64,000 nucleotides of DNA, from contig MU004181.1 in assembly GCA_010093605.1 (NCBI GenBank), positions 2,790,001-2,854,000 on the forward strand, in the 5' to 3' direction. Below, piece by piece: positions 1 through 13,100 of this stretch. Made by a program: the position numbers and the translations under genes. Below the pieces are notes generated by a model. It made no database searches. It had not been told where the DNA came from and saw only the letters and a program-made list of their open reading frames with translations. Each line of letters opens with the position of its first letter. Positions within the stretch are counted from its first letter, which is position 1. The DNA is from Lophium mytilinum. Taxonomy: Eukaryota.

Positions 1-1405
1 CCCGCCCCTCCTGACCTCGTCTGATGCTAGGGTTGGGACTGCCTACTCTCGGTGTCCCTGCAACAGACACACTGGGCACCCACCCTCTCATGAACCCACT
101 GACCCTACGCCACCTCCAGCGCATGCCTCTCCCATCCGCGCCTCGCTCTCTGTCAGCTCCCGAACCATCTACGACAATAACGACTTCCCCATCGCGCTCG
201 CTACCTCGTCCCCGGCCCTCGTCGCCAAAGTACCAGAATTGCACGCCCACTGCAGCGTCCATGACCAGCACGCCCGCTGCACCGAGGAAGAAGGGCATGG
301 CGCGCGCAACCCAGTCGCCCTTGACGGATCCGGAAGGACCAACCCAGCCGCCGCCTTCGCCTGGTGCATAAGTGTGCCAGGCGCAGGGATTGGTGAGGAT
401 GGAGGAGGAGTAGAACAGGTTTCCGAAGAAAGCCGCGACGAACAGAGTGGGAGAAAGACCGGCCGTTGAGCGGCGAAGGTGGTTCTTGTAGAGCTGGGGT
501 AGACGGGAGCCGAGGTAGAGGAGGGTGGAAAGCCATGAAAGGATTGTTCCGGCAGCTTCAATTGGAGAGATGTGAGAGTGAATAGGCTCCATGGAGATGG
601 AGAGGGTGGTCTTCGTGGGAGATGCGGATGTATTGGATACTAGCGCGAGAAGCAGCGAAATGTATAGGACCGTTCTCGGCGATGGCATGGGCGAGTTGCC
701 TCGAATGCGATGTATCGTACGGTCCGTCGGTGTGGGCGTATTGCTTGCGCTCGACCTCTCTTTGGTAGAGCTCGGCGAGCGGGCAAAGTTTGGAATTCGG
801 AAGACATCCATAGGGTTCGAGCGGTTTACAGGGACATTCAGACTCGAATTAGATGATTGAGGCTTCTTGGCCTGGCTGCTTGGCGTATCAGGCCTGGTGT
901 TCGTAGGTGTGCTGCCAATGCTAACACCCTCCAGCACTTCTTCCATTCCAGCTCTTCTGTCATCGGTGCCATCCGAGTTGTTATTTGGGCGCGCCCATGC
1001 GCTCCGGAGAGGTCTCCCATGCTTCAGTTTTTCATACCAGACCCATTGCCCCACTAGCATGCAATCCACAAAGCAATAATAACCCGCGATTATGATTTGC
1101 CAAAGCGCTTGTCTGGTGAAGACTGACCCAAGCAAATTGGACACATCCCCAAGCAACCATTCCGCCAGAAAGAATATACTTAGTCCCGATGTTGATTTCA
1201 GTTGAAGATTCTTGTATATTTGTGGTAGCTGGGCGAAAAGCCATGACACTATGCTTAATGTGCCTAGGGTGGTAGATATGAATGCGAGGTTGGTTGGCAC
1301 GCAGGTGTGAAACGTCGAAGAGACGCGGTATAGGAAGTCGTTATCAGGCTCGCAGTAGGCAGGCAGTGCAGGCGAGATCAAGTGGAGGGGGGAGAATTGC
1401 GACAT
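1..1405 (-). CDS. PQ-loop repeat membrane protein (YPQ-type vacuolar amino-acid transporter family); 3' end lies outside the window
   Basis: Manual translation from ATG at 1405: MSQFSPLH...LGTLSIVSWLFAQLPQIYKNLQLKSTSGLSIFFLAEWLLGDVSNLLG...YYCFVD, and a second PQ loop SWLSTLLYLGSRLPQLYKNHLRRSTAGLS; the frame is still open at base 1. Missing from the ORF track because no stop falls inside the window. Confidence 0.9.
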   Translation of the reverse strand, partial: MSQFSPLHLISPALPAYCEPDNDFLYRVSSTFHTCVPTNLAFISTTLGTLSIVSWLFAQLPQIYKNLQLKSTSGLSIFFLAEWLLGDVSNLLGSVFTRQALWQIIIAGYYCFVDCMLVGQWVWYEKLKHGRPLRSAWARPNNNSDGTDDRRAGMEEVLEGVSIGSTPTNTRPDTPSSQAKKPQSSNSSLNVPVNRSNPMDVFRIPNFARSPSSTKERSSASNTPTPTDRTIHRIRGNSPMPSPRTVLYISLLLALVSNTSASPTKTTLSISMEPIHSHISPIEAAGTILSWLSTLLYLGSRLPQLYKNHLRRSTAGLSPTLFVAAFFGNLFYSSSILTNPCAWHTYAPGEGGGWVGPSGSVKGDWVARAMPFFLGAAGVLVMDAAVGVQFWYFGDEGRGRGSERDGEVVIVVDGSGADRERGADGRGMRWRWRRVSGFMRGWVPSVSVAGTPRVGSPNPSIRRGQEGR

Positions 1406-2622
1406 GGTGTCATAGGCGGAGAGGATGGCGGGACCGATGTCGTGTGCAACCCTGGTATGGGAGAACAGGAGCTATAAGAGGCGCACTGCCTGCACTCTCA
1501 GCTTCCTTCTGCCTTGCCGTCGTAGGGATCAACCCCTTTACCCCCGGTGTCTCGCGAAACCGCAGACAGTCAGATGCTGAGGACAGGTGGTGACTGGTGT
1601 TGGGACTCAGCCACGAGATCGCGCAGCTCCGGATGTCTCAGCCACCGGAATGCAGCTGATGTGGATCGACAAAGGCCCAAATTTGAGGGAGGAAGCTGTT
1701 CGATGTGCTGAGAATAGGCTTTCTCTCTGGGTAAGTAAGGTAAAGATATCGGGTTCCGGGCAGGTGATAGGTATATGTTGACGGCGCACAGTTCCAAGGT
1801 TGGGGTTCCGGAGATAAGCGCCTGGCCGAGCAAAAGAAAGTAGCAATGAGTCAAATGGAATTATGGGCAGACGGGCAAGAAGAAAGTCGACAGCGAAACT
1901 CTATCAGGAAGAAGAAAGCATAGGAGTAAAGGACGCGATGAGGAGAGCGAGGAGTCGAAGCATGTGTGGGCGAGGGGCCAGCATCTCCGTCCTGGACCCC
2001 CTCGGCATCGGATGGCCGGTTTAGGCATGAGAAGGAAGCGGCGGCGGGAAGCCCCAGAGTCTCGCGCATGATCTGGGCTGCCGAGGGCGATCGGGGCGCG
2101 ATAAGTGAGTGATTGCGGCCTGTCACTGGAGCAATCGTGTGACGGAGAGCGTGGTGGTGGAGGAGAGCTGCTGCTGATAAGCCGCAACGCGTTAGCCGCA
2201 GAGATATCGGGCGGAGCGGACCCTTAAAGCCCAGCCCGGGAGGCACGCGTCCACGCTGCATCGTGAGCCCTCCGCGAACACGCTATTACTCACACATACA
2301 TACGCCGTCACAGCCGTCGCGAGCCCCGGATTGTGCATCGTCTTGCATTTCAAACTGTCTCCCGAGTGTTCTTCCGCCGACTTGCGCTACTCGCCGCTTT
2401 CGGAGGGCTACTCTTTCAATCGCAGTCAATCCATACACGCACTCTCATACAGGCACGGAGATCAATCCCGAGATTCCAACTAACAACTAGTTCGCATTAA
2501 CCTCCCTCAGACGCCCTCCTCCTGATTGACCCCCTCATACCCAACCTCCACCGTCTCCTTCACGTACGGCGGACTGCCACAATTAGCTTCACTCCACACT
2601 CCCCACGGGGCAGTCACACCTA

Positions 2623-3392
2623 CTAAACCAGATTCTTCGCTGCCACTATTGCCGCCGTGCCCACCGCATACGCCCCGAGCAGCATCCTCCACCCCCCGCT
2701 CTGCCCCGCCGCGAGCCCCGCCAAGTCATACACAAGACATCCGCCGAAGATCCAGTCGCTCATGCTAGCCGCGCCCGCGAAGCCCACCCCTGTTGCGATC
2801 TTGACGAGCGTGCTCGGCGGGACGTCCTTGAAGTAGGCGGCCGAGGTGTTGTGAAGCAGGTCGAGAACGCCGATGCCGGCGAAGGTCTTGGCGACCACGT
2901 GGGTGAGGATCGAGGGGGTGGAGTTGGTGTTCATGGGCTTGAGGGTGGTGGTGATGAAGAAGAGCTGGGACAGGGTGTTGATCACGACGAAGATGTTAGA
3001 GGTCTGAAGGTTGTTGGCGTTCCAGAAGAACATCCATGCTGGGGAGACGCGTTAGTATGAATGATGTGTAAAGGTAGGCATCTTCTCGGATGGAGCTCAC
3101 TTCCTATACAGACGTTCCCGAGGATGTAGTACGGCGCGTAGCTGGTCATTTCTTGCACCTCTGCGCGCGTCCCCTGGCCCTTCCAGAGCTTATAGAGCCA
3201 GACGAGCTGGAAGATCTGCTGCGGGAAGAAGAAGCCGGCAATCGCGAACGGCTGCGGACTAAACGCCGCGAGGTTTGCATCGTGGATGTCTTTCATGTTC
3301 GGCGACGAGAACATGCCGTATTGCTGGAGCGCGAAGTCATACGCAAACGACGCAGGCGCGAGGTACCGCGCGGTGCTGTGAGAGATGCCCAT
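2623..3392 (-). CDS. Conserved fungal multi-pass membrane protein (DUF1774-like), 2 exons
   Basis: ORFs 2982-3407 and 2623-3033 are joined by intron 3039-3100 (GTGAGC...CTAAC...CAG); several hydrophobic helices; FSPQPFAIAGFFFPQQIFQLVWL motif. Confidence 0.75.
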
Positions 3393-3915
3393 CTTGATAG
3401 TAATCAAAAGATTGAAACAGAGATTATTGGATGTGTAAGCTTTTAGAGCTGCGATATTCAGAAGATAATAGACTCTTATATACTATTAATTGATACTTAC
3501 ATCTGGTGGTCTGGCATTCCGTCAATGCTACGTTCAAAGCTGCTTTCAAGGGTCATGCACGTCATCAATGGACCCTTAGTCCCCATATCACGGGATCTTC
3601 GCTGGGATCTCGGATAGGTAACTCCCTGCCCTCCATGCTCTCTCTGTTCTCCATACTTTTCCAAATGTCGATCCCATCCAGGACAGGTATTTCAGCCACA
3701 CTTCCCCGCAATGGATTAGCCCTTGCATTTCAAGCCCCAAGAACCATATTGACAGTTGAGAAGAGTCAACCTTTGTTTTCGAAATGTATGTGCGGATGGC
3801 AGCCTATGTAGCGCAATCGGAATCTTCTCGTTTTAGTCTCTATGTATTGATATCTATTAGCGGCCAAAGATTTGACGTCTGGCACTCTCCCCAATCTATC
3901 ACCTTCTTCTGCCAC

Positions 3916-5556
3916 CTACTTCCCCTTTTCTCTTTCTGTGAGCACTCCTTCGGCCGTCTCCACCAGCACTTCGAACACCCGCCTCAGATACTTCTCCTCG
4001 GCCATAGGATTCGCACTGACAACTCGGATCGTGAAGATCCCTTCCATAGTCGTACTCGTCAAGAAAAATTCCCCTCCCGAGTTAATCCTCTCATACACCT
4101 CCTTCGTGACCGTATTCGCGTTCGCCAAGTACTGGCTCTCAGCATCCGACGTGAAATCATTCAAGTAAGCTTCGTGATTGGGATCCGGACTCGAGGCCGG
4201 CGTCACCCGCGCGCCCTTCGCAGCGCCACGCTTTTCCGGGTTGACAGTGAGCACTGTTAGCGCAAACGCCGGTCCAGCAACCACAGTGAAGAGGTCGGGT
4301 CTGGATACAACGAGCGAGTGGAAGAGCTCGCCGAGCTTGATCGTGTTCCGAAGATGCGCTTGGATGCCATCGACGCCGTACGTCCGCAGCACGAACCAGA
4401 TCTTCAACGCCCTGAAGCGGCGGCCGAGCGGGATCTGCCAGTCGCGGTAGTCGGTGACGAGGCCCGAGTCGGAGAACTCGTTGCGGAGATAGGAGGGAGT
4501 GATGCTGAGGGCGTCGGTGAGCGAGCGGCGTTGCTTCACCCACAGAACACTAGCATCGAAGTTCGTTAGCAGCCACTTGTGCATGTTTGTGTTGAAGCTG
4601 TCAAAGGCAGCGAATGGGGCGGCAAGGTGCTGGTACTCTGGTAGAGCAAGAGCAGCGCCCGCGTAGGCGGCGTCAACGTGGATCCAAACATCGGGATAGT
4701 CTTTTGCTACGGCCACTATTTCTTCGAACTCGTCGACAGCGCAAGTGTTAGTAGTCCCGAGAGTCAGCCCCATGAAGAAGGGTTCTATCCCTTTGCTCTT
4801 GCATTCTTCGATCTTCTGTCGGAGAGATTGCGCGGTGACCCTGAATCCTGAGCTCTTTGGTGCGGGTACGGAGCGGAACCTGACGCCAGCGATGTTCGCA
4901 GCCTTTTGCACTGAGCTGTGGGAGTGCTCGCCCCCGAGTGCAACTAGCTTGATCCGCTCCTCGCCCATCTTCTGCTCTTTCTCCTCCCCTTCCTCCAGAT
5001 GCCCGCACCTCCTCTGTACTATGCGCTCTCTCGCTGCCACCATGACTGTGACGACCGCCTCGCTCGCACTTCCCTGAATGACGCCGCCTCCTTCTCCTTT
5101 ACTTAGAAAGCATTCCGGTAGAGCGAAGAGCCCCGCAAGCCAGTCCAGTACCACTGTTTCCAGCTCCGTCACCGCGGGTGAGCACAGCCAGTTGAAAGCC
5201 GGTGCTGTGAAAGCGGCACTATACATCTCGCCCAGCATGCTAGGGAAGGTCGAGCTGGCCGGGAAGAAAGCCATGAAGTTGGGCGACTGCCAATGTGTGA
5301 GACCGGGCATTATGACACGCTCAATGTCGGACTGGATGGCGGGCCAGGACTCCCCCGTCTGTGGAGGGCCATTGGGCAGGAGAGGGCGGAGGTAGCCCGG
5401 CGAGACGGTTGAGAGGACTGGACGTGAGGCAAGCGTGTCGTAGTACTGTATTACTAGGGGTCAGGGTTAGTGGGACACCCCAATGGCTTCACGACGGGGA
5501 CATTTACTCTCTTCAATGGCCGCGTGTGAGGCTTCTCTGAACTGGGAGGAATTCAT
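3916..5556 (-). CDS. Aromatic-L-amino-acid decarboxylase (group II PLP-dependent)
   Basis: MPGLTHWQSPNFMAFFP, HVDAAYAG, PLP lysine in NMHKW, DYRDWQIPLGRRFRALK. Short first exon MNSSQFREASHAAIEE (ATG 5556) and intron about 5454-5507. Confidence 0.93.
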
Positions 5557-6326
5557 AGCGGGGTACTTTTAGATGGGGAGCGTGTGATGAAGACAGAACG
5601 AATGAAGAAGTGAAGTAAGACTAGAGTATGTTCAAGGCAGTTTTATATCTACATACATGTACAGTACAAGAAAAAAGAAGTGGCAAGGTTATGACCTGCG
5701 GCACAGTGAAGGGCCTGAGAGGGAAAGTTTTGATGGAGAATCATGCTCCCCTTGCTAGACCTGCTATTTCTAGCTTGGTGCCGCGCCTTATCGATAGTGA
5801 AAGCCACGCTGCGATTGGTGCCCGGTTTGACATTGCGGAAATAGTGGGCATGGCGCGGAATATCGCCGTTGAGACTTCAACCTCGATATGCAGTCAGCTT
5901 AGCGATGTGGTGATAGTATGATCTATAATCAGTCTTGATCCAGAATATAGATCATCAAAAGCTGGCCCGCAAAGCTTTCAGACATCCCGTGTGACCATAA
6001 GGTGTCTTCTCCATATTGGTTGATTGCGTCGCCGTTATCGGGCCATCATACTGGACGTACAAAACGATCACTCTATATACGCTCCGTCCAGATGTGTGAA
6101 ACCTTGTCCGAGGACTTTACAGTGGGTGAAAACTGTATGCAGACCCGAATTATGATAATGGCTCTTGACTAAGCATGCGTAGATTACCTTCATTAAGTGT
6201 GTTTGATAAGTGCAAACCATGAGTCCTCCAAGTTTTAGGATTGACGTCGAAGCACCTCAGACAGCGATAAAATAGTGTGATTAGCACTGAAGCGGAATCG
6301 GATTTGGGACAATAAGATGAATTGTC

Positions 6327-7500
6327 TTATTTTCTGTAGGCGTTGGAACTCCCAGGTCCCGTTGTACACTTGTATACAAACACCAATTCTTCATATCGAA
6401 GAAAGGAGTCTTTTCTAATTAAGAGCTCCCAACCATTAGTAAACCTTAGCCAAGCATGCTTGGTGCCGAATGAAGTTCCACGAGCTTGTTCTGCTGTAGA
6501 ATTCCCGTATGTGTTATATTCATCCTCGAAACCATCCGTGAGTGTCAACCCAGGGAACCTCGACATAAGCTGGTTCGCCAGTCTCCTACGAACGAGCACA
6601 TGTAAGTTAGCGATTGCCGAATGCTCACTGGCGGGCTTTCTGTACCAGTATCTTCAGGATAGCCTGCCAGTCACTCAGGTCCAAATAGAAGGAGCCGATG
6701 AGTCTCTTGCGAACACAAGCGTCCAGATACTGTGTCAAGGCTTTCAAGACCCGTCCGAGCTTCTTTCCCATCTGTTCTTCTTGATACCGAGATGCATTCG
6801 TCGTGACCTTGAATAATGACCTCTTCCTATCCAGCATGACGCGGATTCTGACGTAGCTGTCGTAGTCACGCAACGGCGTGACCCGAATATTGGTCCAGAA
6901 AACGATGTCGCGGATGCAGTTGACACCATAATTGGTCCCCGCCGGGTCCTGAGCGTCGCCAATGTCGTTAAACCAAGCGAGAATGAGGCGGATGTTCGTT
7001 CGGTTGTTGACGTAGGCCGCGAAAGTTGACTTGCTGTGAAAGAGGGCTAATAGCATGTCTATGTCCCCGGATATGCGAGGTTTGTGAGCCTCTTTGAGGT
7101 TTTTGATGATGGGGGACTCCATGCCACAAACGTCCGAATTGGCATCGAGAGTCTTGTCGCGCTTGCTGAACGCATGCGGGTTATGTTTGTGAGACAGAGG
7201 AATGACACCTAAGAAGTCGCCGACTTCCAACCAAAGCTCTGGAGGGAGACGCGATTTTCCCATCTCAGGAGGGCGTTTCTCCATGAGCACAGATTGAAGC
7301 TTGTTTGGCGCAGCGGCGATAATGTCCTGTTCGCGAGCCATCTTGGTGGAGACCTTAGGGGCGATTTGGGAGGAGCTGCCAGGGCTGTTTCGGGACGTGA
7401 AGTAGTTCGTGACCAAGGAGCGAAGTGGTATGGTCGGAGCTTTGTACGGCGAGTAGCGGTTTGTTGATGCTGGTCGATTGTTTGAACGGTGAGGTGCCAT
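6327..7500 (-). CDS. Hypothetical protein with a weak F-box-like motif, 2 exons
   Basis: 293-aa ORF containing SRLPPELWLEVGDFL; a 43-nt intron at 6586-6628 (GTGAGC...GCTAAC...TAG) joins it in frame to the 6327-6599 ORF. Confidence 0.55.
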
Positions 7501-8807
7501 CCTCACCGCCGATACAGGAACTACAGATGAGTCCTAGGAACTGATGAGATGCAATCCTCTCACCGGCGAGCGCAGGCGAAGGTGGGGTTGTGCGGTGTGT
7601 TTCCAAGGTTGATGTCACCTACAAACGCAGAATGTGGCTGGCGCTAACCCGGTTGGGCGCTTCGTGAGAGGCGTGGCCTTCAGGGAAGGAAAATCCGTCA
7701 CGGACCTGTGTAAAGCTTCATGCGAATGACATCAGTTCTTCAATCTGCTTTCGGATATATGCACGTGAGAGAAGATTATTATTTGAACAGGTAGCAAGCT
7801 CACCAGACGACCTCAGACAGCGTCTGATAGGTGTACATGTGTAGGAAACACGAAAACAGCCTACTTACTAGCCTTACGGAGTGGCATCAGAGCGGAAAAA
7901 CATCCAATAGTAGTCAAGCAGTAGTTCATGGAAGCGGCCGACAAAGCCCCGTTCTAGTTCTGTGTGACCTATCTCGCCGTAGTCATGGCTGCTCCAGCAT
8001 GTTTTCCAAGTTTGAGCGCGAATGAGAAGTCCGTCACTTTGAACGATCAAAAAGCTCACCAGGGCACCTCAGTCAGCTATACGCAAGTGTATACATGTTG
8101 TACTGGTGATCCATCACTCTGGCTCCTCATCGATACAATGATATGGTACACTCTATAGAACGAGTAGAAAAGCGGACACAGACTTAACACAAAGTCTATA
8201 GGAAAGAATGTGCAGGTTGTTTTCCCTCTCCGTTTTGGATTTTCTTCCTGGAAGGAACGATATCACTGGGGATTATTCCTTGGGGTGGACAGGCGGGTTT
8301 GACAGGAGCAAGCGTGAATTTCAGCCATTCTGAGGTCTGAAGCCCCGAGGCAGTTCAATGGATGTATTGCAACCATGCCTTGCGAATACTGAAATAGAGT
8401 GGTGGGATGAGCTGAGCGGAGACGTACCTGTGGACCTTTCTACCTTCCAGTAACACAAAGAGGCTAGAGCCTTTCCATATTTGTACTTGAGTACTCAGAC
8501 ATCTCACCACGACTTTCTGGTTGTGTAACAAGGCCTCCATCGCAGAGAGTAATCATGCTGGACGCACGAGAATGCCCCGCGGTGATTCCAAATCGACCCC
8601 GCAGTCACGTAGCACTAGCTGCGTCACCGGGAACACTTACCAAGCCATTCGAACCTAGATATAATAGCTAGAAGCTTTTGCCTGTCCAACTGTCGTCTTC
8701 TTCGGTCTATGAAACGTGCGCTTCAAGCTTCATTCAACGTCCATCTGCTGTTTCCAAGATCTTTTCCGCGCACTCGAAGGAGCTTTAGCACCGTCTCGAA
8801 AGCAGCC

Positions 8808-9329
8808 ATGCCGCACGCAACAGCTAAGGTCGGCGGCACCGTCGTTGCAGACACGGAGAGTTACGAGGTAGTTGAAGGAAATATCTATGTAAGTTCTTTT
8901 GGACTGTGGTGCAGTCTCACTTGACCCTGCTAATGCGATATGGCAGTTCCCGCCCTCGTAAGTCTCCACAACCATTTCCAGCCACTTAAACTCTTCTTCT
9001 TCTGATATGTGAAGCGATGGGCAATGTGTAGCCTTCTGGCACAATGCTGATGGCTCAACCTAGTTCAATCACCAAGTCCTACTTCACGCCTACCGACACC
9101 ACCACGTTCTGTCCTTGGAAGGGCAATGCGTCCTACTATACTATTGCAGTTGATGGCACAGAATTGAAGGATGCGGCGTGGTACTATCCGGAGGTCAAGG
9201 AGAAGGCGAAGAATATTGAGGGATATGTGGCGTTCTGTAAGTACCCGGATCGGTCGTTGGCAGTAGTATACGAAGGTCTGGAGCTAACTGAGCATAGACA
9301 AAACCAAAGTCGACGTTACGTCGGACTGA
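8808..9329 (+). CDS. DUF427 domain protein, 4 exons (possible upstream in-frame start at 8709)
   Basis: Spliced product MPHATAKVGGTVVADTESYEVVEGNIY|FPP|SSITKSYF...TFCPWKGNASYY...AAWYYPE...VAF|YKTKVDVTSD; 11-nt exon at 8947-8957; CPWKG signature. Confidence 0.88.
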
Positions 9330-10175
9330 GAGAGGGTAAGGCTGGAGGCTGGCTGTTGCAGTTGTGACGAAAGTTGGAGGCCTCGAAGGAACAAGATCGA
9401 AGCGTTCCTCTCCTCCTGAAGACAATGTGGAGAAAGCTGAGTAGGCTAGTCATACAAGCTTCCACGTTAAGTGTTTGATTCCTTTCTCGCCGGATAATCC
9501 CCTCGTTAGATAACATGAAATTGAGATGCGAGCTTGTTTCTTAGCGGTGCCGCCGCGAACTTCCGTCAAGGTTCCATTACGGTGATTAGGATAATCTAGT
9601 GGTGGGAACACCGCACCCGGCGTATATGCATGCAATCAAAATATTATTCCAAAAATAGATGCCTTAACAAAGATGGCAGGCCGCGAGTAGGTAGGAATTT
9701 AAAGTATAGCGAAGGGGGCGGTAGAAGCTTCTCTTTAGGGGTTGCAAAGATGATAAAGCAGTGGCAGAACTGGGACAGCCGCCTGTGCCGCCTTGCCCAC
9801 CGCCCAGCAATTAATGCACATCTTGGCTGCACATCCCTGAACGCCCGGCCGTGGCGCGTGTGGATACGCTCACCATCATCGTTCCCAATTTCCCGTAGCA
9901 GCCATCACCACGCCCGCCCCCAATCTGCCCAGCTCTGCCTCTTCTCACCTTGGCAGCGCTGCCTCAAACTCTCTGGCCGCCCGTTACCCTATTTACTATT
10001 CACCCCCGCCAACCCGGTCCATGCTGCCCTCATAGATTGTAGAGCTAATTACTGAGGCGTGTAGAAGGCTTGGGGCTTTGCGTTTTCCACGACGACTTGA
10101 GACAATCTGCCCAGCAGTCGTTCTCGAGTTCTCCGACACGTCCTTCTTCTCCGCGCCCTCCACATCTTCTCAGCT

Positions 10176-13100
10176 ATGGCAGCTACTCGAGATGATAGCG
10201 TCTCGCCTGGTACCCTCAGCCCTCGCCCAGAATCCCCCTTCCTCGAGCTAGATGGCGCCAACGCCAATAGCAAGGACTACACGCGCACTTTGTCTTCCCT
10301 CTCGTCTACGCAGACTGCACCTAAGAATCAAAAGCTGCGGCTGAATACAAACGGCAGCACGAGACAGCCACCGCCGGCTAAGGAGAAGGAGCATACCATA
10401 CCCACCACACAGCCAGTGGACCCGGAGGGCTTTCCGTTTGGCGCACCGAATGGGACCGTTGGTCCGCACCCCATGGAAGAAAATGTCAATGGCAACCGGC
10501 AGCAGAATTTACCCAATGGAACCCATAGCAAGGGTTCAGAACAGCCTTGTACGTTCCCCGAGAAGCCCACTTCCCTTGCACCAATCTCGAGGAAAGATAC
10601 TGGAGAGCAAGGAACGATGACGCCCCCGGGCCGCCGGAGTGTGCAGTTCGCTCGTGCCCTGACCACCGAACCGACCGCTTTCCATTCGAGAGAACAATCA
10701 TGGGAGGCAGATGGCGGAGAAATAAAGGGCAAAGACAGACAGACGTCGTCACTGATGACTAAACTGAAGGCGCTGGCTACACCGATATCTATGCAGAGCT
10801 ATGGAAGCCATTCGAGGACTCAAAGCACAAATGCGATCGGTGGAAGCTCAACGACGGCTGACGGTCTTGCTTTATCGCCTCCTTATGAAATAGACGAGCC
10901 CAGGTATATGGAGGGCGACAGCGAAGCTGACGCTGATGCCGAAGAAAGTGCTGGGGAAGGTCCATCTCGCCCTCCCCGAAGAAGAAGGAAAAGCCGTCGA
11001 GCGACCGACGAGGGCACTCAGACTGCGCCCACCACGCCCAAGACTACTAAAGCGGGTCAATTCTTCTTTCGAGATTCGCCTGGTACTACACCTACATCAG
11101 CTCGACCAAACATCTTCCGCCGCGGTACCATGAGTGACATACCAGAGAACCAAAGGCAAGGCGTGTCAGAGGATGAAGGCCGCGACAGGCTTGCCAAAGA
11201 AAGTACATGGACAAGAGGCCTACACAGCGCACGTGGCCTATCGTATGGTGGAATCCGCAGACATCAAGATGAAAATCAAGACGCAACAGGTGAAAAGAGA
11301 CCTAGCAACCTGAGGCGACTGACCGGTTTCGCCATCAACAATGCGGACGGCACTCCATCACACTGGAGAGCGCGCAGTGACCGGACGCAGAGCATGGGCG
11401 CGGCAAAGTGGTCAAGAGTCATAGCTGGTTTGAAGATACTAGGGCAGAAACACAAGGCAGAGAGAACCGGCGACCATCTCAAATCTGCAGAGCTCATGGC
11501 CGAGCTCCTTGCGGGCGCACCGGCAGCATTGTTCCTTGCTAGCATGTTTCAAAGGGACGAAGCGGGCCATAAGAGAATTCCAGTCCTTCTGGAGCAACTC
11601 AAATTCAACATCGTAGATATTACCAAAGAAAGCGACACCAAGGGCGGAGAACGACACTTGCATTTTCGAATCAACCTTGAATATGGAAGTGGCCTTACCC
11701 GTATGAAGTGGTTTGTGAACCGGACGGTGGGAGATTTCTTCAATCTACACTCAAAGTACAAGGCACAGCAGAATATCAGACAATACATTCAGCTGAAGCC
11801 AGACGATAAGAAAGGGAAGATTCCTCGCTTTCCTAGGTCGACTATTCCGTATCTGCGAGGCATAAGAGGGATGATGGATATTATGGACGAAGATGAAGAT
11901 GACGAGGACGATGGAGACATCGATCACGAAGCTAGCGGCCCAGACGGTAGTGCCAGTGCAACAGACCGACCAGCGAAAGCCAAACGAAGGCAATCTTCTT
12001 TTGCATACAACCGGAGAAAATCCAGCATAGGCAGCCCTCAAGCACCCGGCGCCCCCGGCCAGTCGGTGACACGTACTGGTAGTTTTGCTGGAGTTGTGGG
12101 CGCAACACTCGATAGAGTCAATTATGCGGAACGAGTACGCAAGAAGCTGGAAGCATACCTTCACCAGCTGATCACCTGGCTTATTTTCCGGCCTGGGAGC
12201 AACAGACTGTGCAAATTCCTAGAGCTATCATCGCTCGGTGTCCGACTTGCTACCGAGGGCGGCTATCATGGAAAGGAGGGATTTCTGACCGTCATGTCAT
12301 CAGGAAAGGGGACCGATCTCCGGAAGAGAATGGTGCCGACGTCGTTCAAAGCTCGGCATACCACTAAGTGGTTCATGGTTAGGCAGAGCTATATCATATG
12401 TGTCGATTCCCCAGAAGAGATGAACGTCCACGATGTCATCTTAGTGGACCCGAGCTTCTCTATACAGGCAAAAGGCAGGCTCCGAGACCAAAAACCAAAA
12501 GAGATCGCAAGTCAGGCTAAAGCGTCTGCTACTCACCCTAATCACCACCGTCTTCGCCTTCAAAATACTGAGCGAACGATAAAACTGTTGGCCAAAAGTG
12601 AGAAACTTTTGGTGCAGTTCGAAGATTCTATCACCTTCATGCTGCAGAACAACGAGTGGGCGAAGCCACATCGATTTGGCAGCTTTGCGCCTGTTCGTCA
12701 CAAGGTATTCGCACAAGCGCTGGTAGACGGACGCGACTACATGTGGAACGTATCTCGCGCCATCAGCATGGCTCGAGATGTCATTTACATTCACGACTGG
12801 TGGTTGAGCCCCGAGCTGTACATGCGTCGACCAGCTGCGATTAGCCAGAAGTGGAGACTCGACAGACTTCTGAAGCGAAAGGCTCAGGAAGGAGTTAAGA
12901 TTTTCATCATTATGTATCGGAACATCAATACCGCGATCCCAATTGACTCGGAACACTCCAAGCTGTCGCTTCTCGGCTTGCATCCCAACATCTTCGTACA
13001 GCGGTCTCCCAACCAATTCCGCCAGAACACATTCTTCTGGGCACACCACGAGAAACTTCTGATAGTCGACCACGCCATAGCGTTCTGTGGCGGCATCGAT

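Noticed and set aside
24..1244. Numerous short ORFs in the track
   Set aside because: They are alternative-frame or antisense shadows of the PQ-loop gene.
1420..2000. TPP riboswitch in the long upstream region of the PQ-loop gene (CTGAGA motifs)
   Set aside because: The rest of the TPP aptamer consensus is absent.
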